This document shows positions 56,625 to 64,000 of a stretch of DNA of 64,000 nt, one piece after another. The stretch is from NCBI RefSeq assembly GCF_009914755.1, contig NC_060931.1. The stretch is one strand, 5' to 3'. Under the pieces are notes generated by a model. It saw nothing but the letters and a program-made list of their open reading frames with translations. It searched no databases and was not told where the DNA came from. The stretch comes from the human T2T-CHM13v2.0 reference genome, Homo sapiens. The translations under genes were made by a program, and so were the position numbers. Numbering within the stretch: position 1 is the stretch's first letter; every line of letters begins with the position of its first letter.

Positions 56625-59457
56625 CTATCTAGATTCCATGATCCTATAGAGAATATATTCTCAAATTATTTGTGACTACCTTTATCATTAGCTTGGTGAA
56701 GAGCAACGATATTTATGAAAGACAGTTTAAAAGACATTCCTCTGTTGTCTAATTATATACAGAACAAAGCCATGTTCTTGGACCACAATGTCTCAAAACC
56801 CTGCAAAATTACTTTTACTAAGTTTGGCTTTATTATTTTACCCTTACCTCTTATGGGAAGAAGTTTACAAAATTCAATCCTGCAGTTATGAATCTTCAAT
56901 AACTCAAGTATTGAAAATTTATGGCAGGGCTGTCTTTCTCATCTTAAGCACCAGGAAAAAATACTTGAGCTCCCTTATGCAATTAGTACACTATTTCCAT
57001 ATATAAATTGTACATCAGATTTATTCCCTTCTTACTTTGGCTGGTAGAAAACTCAAGAATAAAATTCTCAGGTCAATTTTTAATAGCTATGTAACATCCA
57101 TGGTCTACATATTTGCATTCAAACAACCCCGGCCTCTTATTTGCATTTGCCTTTTTCCAGTCTTTACTTTTGTACAGATTTTATTTCCTATAGTTTTATA
57201 TTCATAGAAGTGTATAAATAAATACAAAAATATTTATAGATACTGCATATTTCCTAATAGACCTATTTTACCCACTGACATATGAGACTATTAAGAAAAA
57301 AACATATCAGGGAGGACGTGAATCTTCGTGACTTGAAGGAAGCATCCTCAACAAAGATATTGTGAATCCCAAAGTAAGAGAAATAAAGTTCAAATTGAAG
57401 CAGGGTTACAGACTGTACAGAGTTCCAGTGAGAAAGGATTATGATAAATAACTGCGTATAGGAATTCTTTTCAATTTAAGGAAATTTCCTGATTTTCTGA
57501 TGGCCAGGGTTTTGTCCTTTACCTCTAAAATTTACTAGAACTAAAATGAAAGTGAGACAGAAGCAACTAGTCCTTCCCAAGGCTTCTCATCCTGGAGTTC
57601 TCTGTCAAGTGGGTTATTTTGACTGTAAAGCATTCTTTTGTTTTCTTTGTCTGAAGTCATTCCCAGATTAGTTTGTGACTTGCTTGAGCATGTTTCCCAG
57701 CAGTGATCTTGGGCTGTCCCATTCACTTCTGACCTGCACCTGCTCTTTTCAAGTATTGCACCAAGAGTAGCTGAGGCCTAAACAGAGGCGTGCTGGCCCA
57801 TTCACAGAGACTATTCAGAGAACTGCTAGGGGAGGGGAGTGGGCAGTGGGCGGGATGGCAGTCCTCCAGAGAAAAAAGGAAAGTGACCCCTTAAATCAGA
57901 GAATGACCTTTTATTTGTTATTAGTTGTCTAAGTAAGTGTAAGGGGACCACCTCCTCCATAATGCGCTTTGTGAAACGGTAAATGTTACATGGCCTAAAA
58001 TGGTGCTTCTGAAAAGATTAGATGAATTATTGGTATTTAAAACTAATTAAGTGACATGTTCAGATATCTAGACAGGGCATAAAATCTATTATATAACTGG
58101 TGTTCAAAAACATTTACTGTTTGTTCCACAAACAAGAACGTAAATGTATTTGGAGACATTTCTGCATGAAATATATCATGGTAACAAGGGATTTACAGAA
58201 CACTTACTAAGTTTCTCACTAAGGTTTGACATTCAGCCATTCAATACTTCTGTTGAAATGGTATTGTGATTTCTTCTAAATCTTCAGCTCCACAGTTGTA
58301 AAAGAAGGACTCACACTTATATTTTATCTAGTAACCTAAAAGTCAGCAGAAATTTTAAAATAAACCCACTAGGTATATTTACACATTTGCCGTTTAGAAC
58401 ACAGCCTTGAACAAGAAAAACAGATCATAAGTCATGTTAGGTATCTGTCTGCACTAGACAAGTTTACAGAAATTGTTCTTCAGTTTCTTTTATTGAGATT
58501 TTTGGGCCACTAATCTGTTCCAAAAGAGAAAAAAACTGGCCCTGAGGCTCAACTTTTCCATCCCAAGGATGCTTGTAGGCAAGACTGCCAGCGGTACCAC
58601 TGCCACTCTGAACTAAAAACTGCTTGCCATTCAATTATTCATATTCAGCCCTTCTAGGGGAGAGAAAGCACTAAAGAGAAATAGAGCAGCAAAAATGTAG
58701 ACATAGAAAGTAGGAAGAAGATTTGTAATAGTTACATGGGAAAAGGGAATCACAGAAGAATGATGTTATTTAAAATAGGTGATAGAACAGACTCAGGAAT
58801 TCCAATAAAAATGGACAGTACCCTTGGTCTTCATACATACAAAATGAAATAGTGGCAAATATGCTCAAAAAGGTACACAGTTCCGTGAAATGCTGAATTA
58901 CCTGATCCTCTCAGAGTAGGAACAAGCCCAGTATTTTTAATGCTTTTGGTTTATCACCTGAGCTGTGCCAGGCACCCACCTCCACAGGAACTTTTATCAC
59001 TTTGCCTACATTCTCCTATTATGAGTTAAGTATATTTGATACCAATGTTTATTTACTAATATACACATGCTAGGTGACTATTTTGTTCAAAGTTCTTTCC
59101 ATATAAATTAAGATTTCCAATACTGACAGTAGCAAACATTTATAAAGTACCTCTTCACACTGACACATGTAGATTATCAAAATTTTACACATTTGAAAAA
59201 AACAAATAATTATTTAGAACAAACAAGCCAAAGCAGCTGCTGCAAAAATATGTGAGTCTATATGAGGTACATTTCCACCATGTAAAGTCAAGAGGCTGTT
59301 GAAAATAAGAAATTGTGAGAGATACAGAAAAACTACCTCCTTTTCGGTTATAGTATATACTGAAACCTCTCATTTATCACATTTCATCTGACTAAAACCA
59401 AGAGAATTAAGGTGACAATTGAAGACGTCACCAGGGGTATTTTGGTTTTGGTTTGAA

Positions 59458-59820
59458 TGCTGTAGACTGAATTGTCTCCCCCAAAAAATGTGTATGTTGA
59501 AACCCTAAACTCCAGTGTGTCCGTATTTGGAGAAGGGGCCTTTGCAAGGCAATTAGGGTTAGATGAGATCATGAGTATGAGGCCCTCATAATGCATTTAG
59601 CAGCTTTATAAGAAGAGAGAGAGAAAGACTGTTCTTTCTCCAGCATGTGAAGACACAGCATGCAGGTAGTTACATGCAAGCCACAAAGAGAGCTCTCACC
59701 AAAACTTGAATGAGTCGGCACCTTATTCTTGGACTTCCAGCCTCCAGAACTGTGAAAAATAAATGTCTTTCATTTAAGCCACCCAGTCTATGGTTTTTCT
59801 TATAGCAGCCTCAGCAGAGT
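59458..59820 (+). mobile_element. MLT1A-like solo LTR
   Basis: tgctgtagactgaattgtctcccc...attagggttagatgag...ggacttccagcctccagaactgtga...ttaagccacccagtctatgg. Confidence 0.85.
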
Positions 59821-60804
59821 TGTAAAATATTTTGAAATTAAAAAAAAAATCACTGGTAAAGGAGAAGTGAAGAAGAAGAAGAGGGAGGAAAAGTGAAGTG
59901 AAGAAGAGGGAGGAAAAAAGAAAAAACTTTTGTCTGGAAAGAACTTGTTTTATAATGTGAAATAAACATTTTGTTAAATGCTAAGGATAAAAGAAATGTA
60001 AAGCTTGTTTGTCTTGTATATAAATGACAAAAATGGCACTTTTCATGTAATTTGAGATCAGTAGACGTTAGGACAGAAATCAACAAAAAATATATCTCAC
60101 TGCCAAAAACAGCAGAGATGGAGTTCTTTTTTACTGAATGTTGATGCAAGACACAAGAGAAAACTTTGGGGCATGATGTAAGAATCAATTAATGCACATA
60201 AATGGAGCATAAATCACATTAATGTATTGCAATGCTCTTGCACACTTTAGCCCCTACTGAAACACAGGCCTAATATAAAAGCTTTCTCCTCTGTAGGCAT
60301 TAATGACTCCCTCCCCTTCCTTGTCCCAACATCTTTTATGAAACTTCACCACTGCACAAGACAATGAACCTAAACTCCAGCCTTCCCTCTGGATTGCAAG
60401 CTACTGGAGGAGCACGATTGTATGTTGCTCAGCTTATGCTGTGCTCGTCTGTCCCTTTCTGTCCCTGCTACTGGCCATCCAAAGAGGCCGGAATCTTCAC
60501 TCCCACTGCTGGAATAAGAAAGTTCAGAATCTCAAATTGAAACGGATCATAACTTACTACAGAAGGAATTATTAGTTATTTAGAGAAAAAGACTTTCTCA
60601 TACATACTTTTTCTCCCACATCTCCACCTCCAGCCTCTTTCCCTGATGCTTACAAATGTCTTCCACTGATGCTCATGACGATAAATGAACACAAAAGTCT
60701 GGTGATAAAATATAGTTGAAATAGTCCATTGTAACCCTATGTGGTACAATATGGGTTAAATTAGCTCTACAAACTGGTGTGGGAACCTGTTGTTTTAATG
60801 CTAA

Positions 60805-61239
<435 letters not shown>

Positions 61240-61726
61240 TAATATGAGCTACATTCTAGCATTAATATTTAGGTTTAGAGTTGTAAACACATTAGAAATG
61301 ACTGAACTAGAATTTTTTTCAGGTAATTTCAAAATATTTTTGGTTCTTGGAATGACTATGCATTCTTGGAATCCGCAAAGTGCCCTGGAGACCACCAGCT
61401 ACCATTAAGTAAGCAGCAATTCTGCCTGTTGAAATGACAATACCCACTGCAATAACTGCATTCAGCAAGGGGAAAAAAATACTATAGTACTGCATATTCT
61501 TCCCTTTTAATCAGGCAGATTCTCAACTCTTACTTTGAGCTGCATTCTCCTATGGACACTTTTACATAAAATACAACCAAACATCATTACAAAGGTCAAA
61601 ATATACTTTGGAATACATTTGCACATGAGATTGAGGGGAAAAATTAGTTTTTGTTTCAAAATTACATTTTAATATACTTATCATAGCCTTCTAGAGCCAA
61701 AGAAGTGCCTATTAAGAACTAACACT

Positions 61727-62055
<329 letters not shown>

Positions 62056-63048
62056 TTAGCAAAAACACACAGTGCAAATATAAATAGTGAAATAAAATAC
62101 TGCCCTACATCCATTTAAAGACTCTATATGCAAAAGTATCAAATTCCTTTTTATTGTAAAAATATACTATAATAATTTAGCTTTTAACAATCAAGTAAAT
62201 ATAATTACATCTAAGCAACAAGATTAGCACCCTCTACACACATTCTTAATGTATATAGTATAAAGTGGTGGCAAATGAAATATATTATCTATAACATGGT
62301 TAAAGAGTTGTTGACTGTTTAATTATTAATTATTATACTTAAGACAGTTCTTTGAGAACAATTAGGTCATTTCAAATGGTCATATGTCTTTTATAAATCA
62401 TTAAATGCCCTCACTATGATGGCTGGTAAATTAATACATATTGCTAGTCCTTTCCCAAGCATTTTAAAAAAATAAGTAACCATAGAAAATAGTACTAACA
62501 AAGGCAGAAATATGTTGTGATGTATCTCTTGGAAATAAGTAAGTGTGGCTCTCTTATTCTTCAAAATTTAAAGCATTCTTAGTTGTTATTCCAATTCCTC
62601 CCCCTTTAAAAAAAGAAAGGCATTTTCTTGAATACTGTTCTTTATGTGAAAGTTAAGATTAATACTGGATCAGAGAAGATCACATATGAGTCAAAAACAA
62701 AAACATACATGTTTAGCAATATTGTTAGCTGCTTTTGCACTGCCAAATTTAACGTGTCTTTAAATTCACAAATGTTTAATCATGCTGGGAAGTGCCAAGG
62801 GTGATAAATTTTATTTATGAAGTTATAATATATTGATATGATGTTCTAACAATGAAAACACCCGATTTTATGATTCATTTAGAATTGTACTTCTGAGACA
62901 CACAAAATGACCAAGAGCACAATAGTAATAGTTGCTTATTTTCTTAGCTAAATGCAAGTAAAAGTGGCAAAGGAAATTAAAGTACATTAGAATAGCTTAA
63001 GTGTTCAGGTTCACAGTGAAGTTGTGCCTGTTCAAATTTAAATCTGAA

Positions 63049-63360
63049 GGCCGGGTGCACTGGCTCATGCCTGTAATCCCAGCACTTTGGGAGGCAGAGG
63101 TAGGCACATTTCTTGAGCTTAGGAGTTCTAGACCAGCCTAGGCAAACATGGTGAAACCCCATCTCTACAAAAAATTAAAAAATTAGCTGGTCATGGTGGC
63201 ATGGGCCTGTAGTCCCAGCTACTTGGGGGCGCTGAGAAGGGAAGATCACTTAAGCCCACGAGGTTCAAGCTATTGCACTCCAGCCTGGGTGACAAAGTGA
63301 GACCCTGTCTCCAAAAAAAAAAAAAAACAAAAACAAACAACAAACAACAAAAAAAACAAA
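63049..63360 (+). mobile_element. Alu (AluJ-like)
   Basis: Dimeric Alu, cttgagc diagnostics, AAAC-type tail. Confidence 0.92.
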
Positions 63361-64000
63361 CTACATCTGACCTAATCTCTTCATCTCCAGATCTTCCTGC
63401 TGGCAGGGTTGGCTTCTTCTTATATAAAAACAGGAAAGAAGTACTGACTTTCTATTTACAAATTCACTTGAATGCTACAAATTAGTAAATATTCTAGAAA
63501 TTTTATTATATTTCACAATCAAAGGAGATCATGGTTTATTTTTATTTGGTTTGGTTATTTTACTAGCAGCTAAATGGACATGTGACAAACTACAGAACAG
63601 ATGGATAAGAAGATAAAATCCAGATGTTTTGACCACGAATGCTCTTTTCTGAGAGCAAAACTCACAAAATTGTGAAAATAAATTCAGGTTGATTTTTCGT
63701 TTTTCACATTATTGTCCACTTCAGATAAGATCCAGGAAGGTCATAGTATCTCTGCTGTTAGCAGCTTTAGGGGACATGAGAGTGGCAGGAGAATATAATC
63801 AAGGGGGCAAAGGGCAAGCCAGGTGCTACAAGGAGCACCAAACTTGCGGTTCCAGTTGCTTCCCCAGAGTGGGATTTTGATTTCATGTGAGGGGAAAAAA
63901 AGTTTGCTTAAAGTTTATATGAGGTCCTGTACAGTGTGCACCTTCTGCAGACGAGAAAAGAATGCTTAAGTTTACTGTAACAGCAGTATGTTTAAGATCT

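Overview
AT-rich primate (human or very close ape) genomic DNA lying entirely inside CACNA2D1 (voltage-gated calcium channel alpha-2/delta-1), which is transcribed on the minus strand. Only two coding exons are present: 24833-24914 (82 nt, (T)[27 protein letters not shown]) and 10402-10518 (117 nt, [39 protein letters not shown]). Both have canonical AG/GTGAGT boundaries and splice in frame. They are exons 2 and 3 by my recollection of the protein N-terminus. The rest is intron filled with about 15 full-length Alus, Alu monomers, L1, L2, MIR, solo LTRs (THE1B, MLT1, MER39, LTR33-like), DNA transposon fossils (MER6A, MER20, MER5, MADE1) and microsatellites. I found no evidence for a new protein-coding or CRISPR-like system. 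The best leads are RNA-level: five head-to-head inverted Alu pairs (one with a 36-bp spacer), a possible exon 2-3 circRNA, a GYNGYN tandem donor and a sense THE1B LTR with a poly(A) signal. There are also several local tandem or fold-back duplications. Repeat subfamily calls come from remembered consensus features, not alignments; boundaries of old repeats are approximate.
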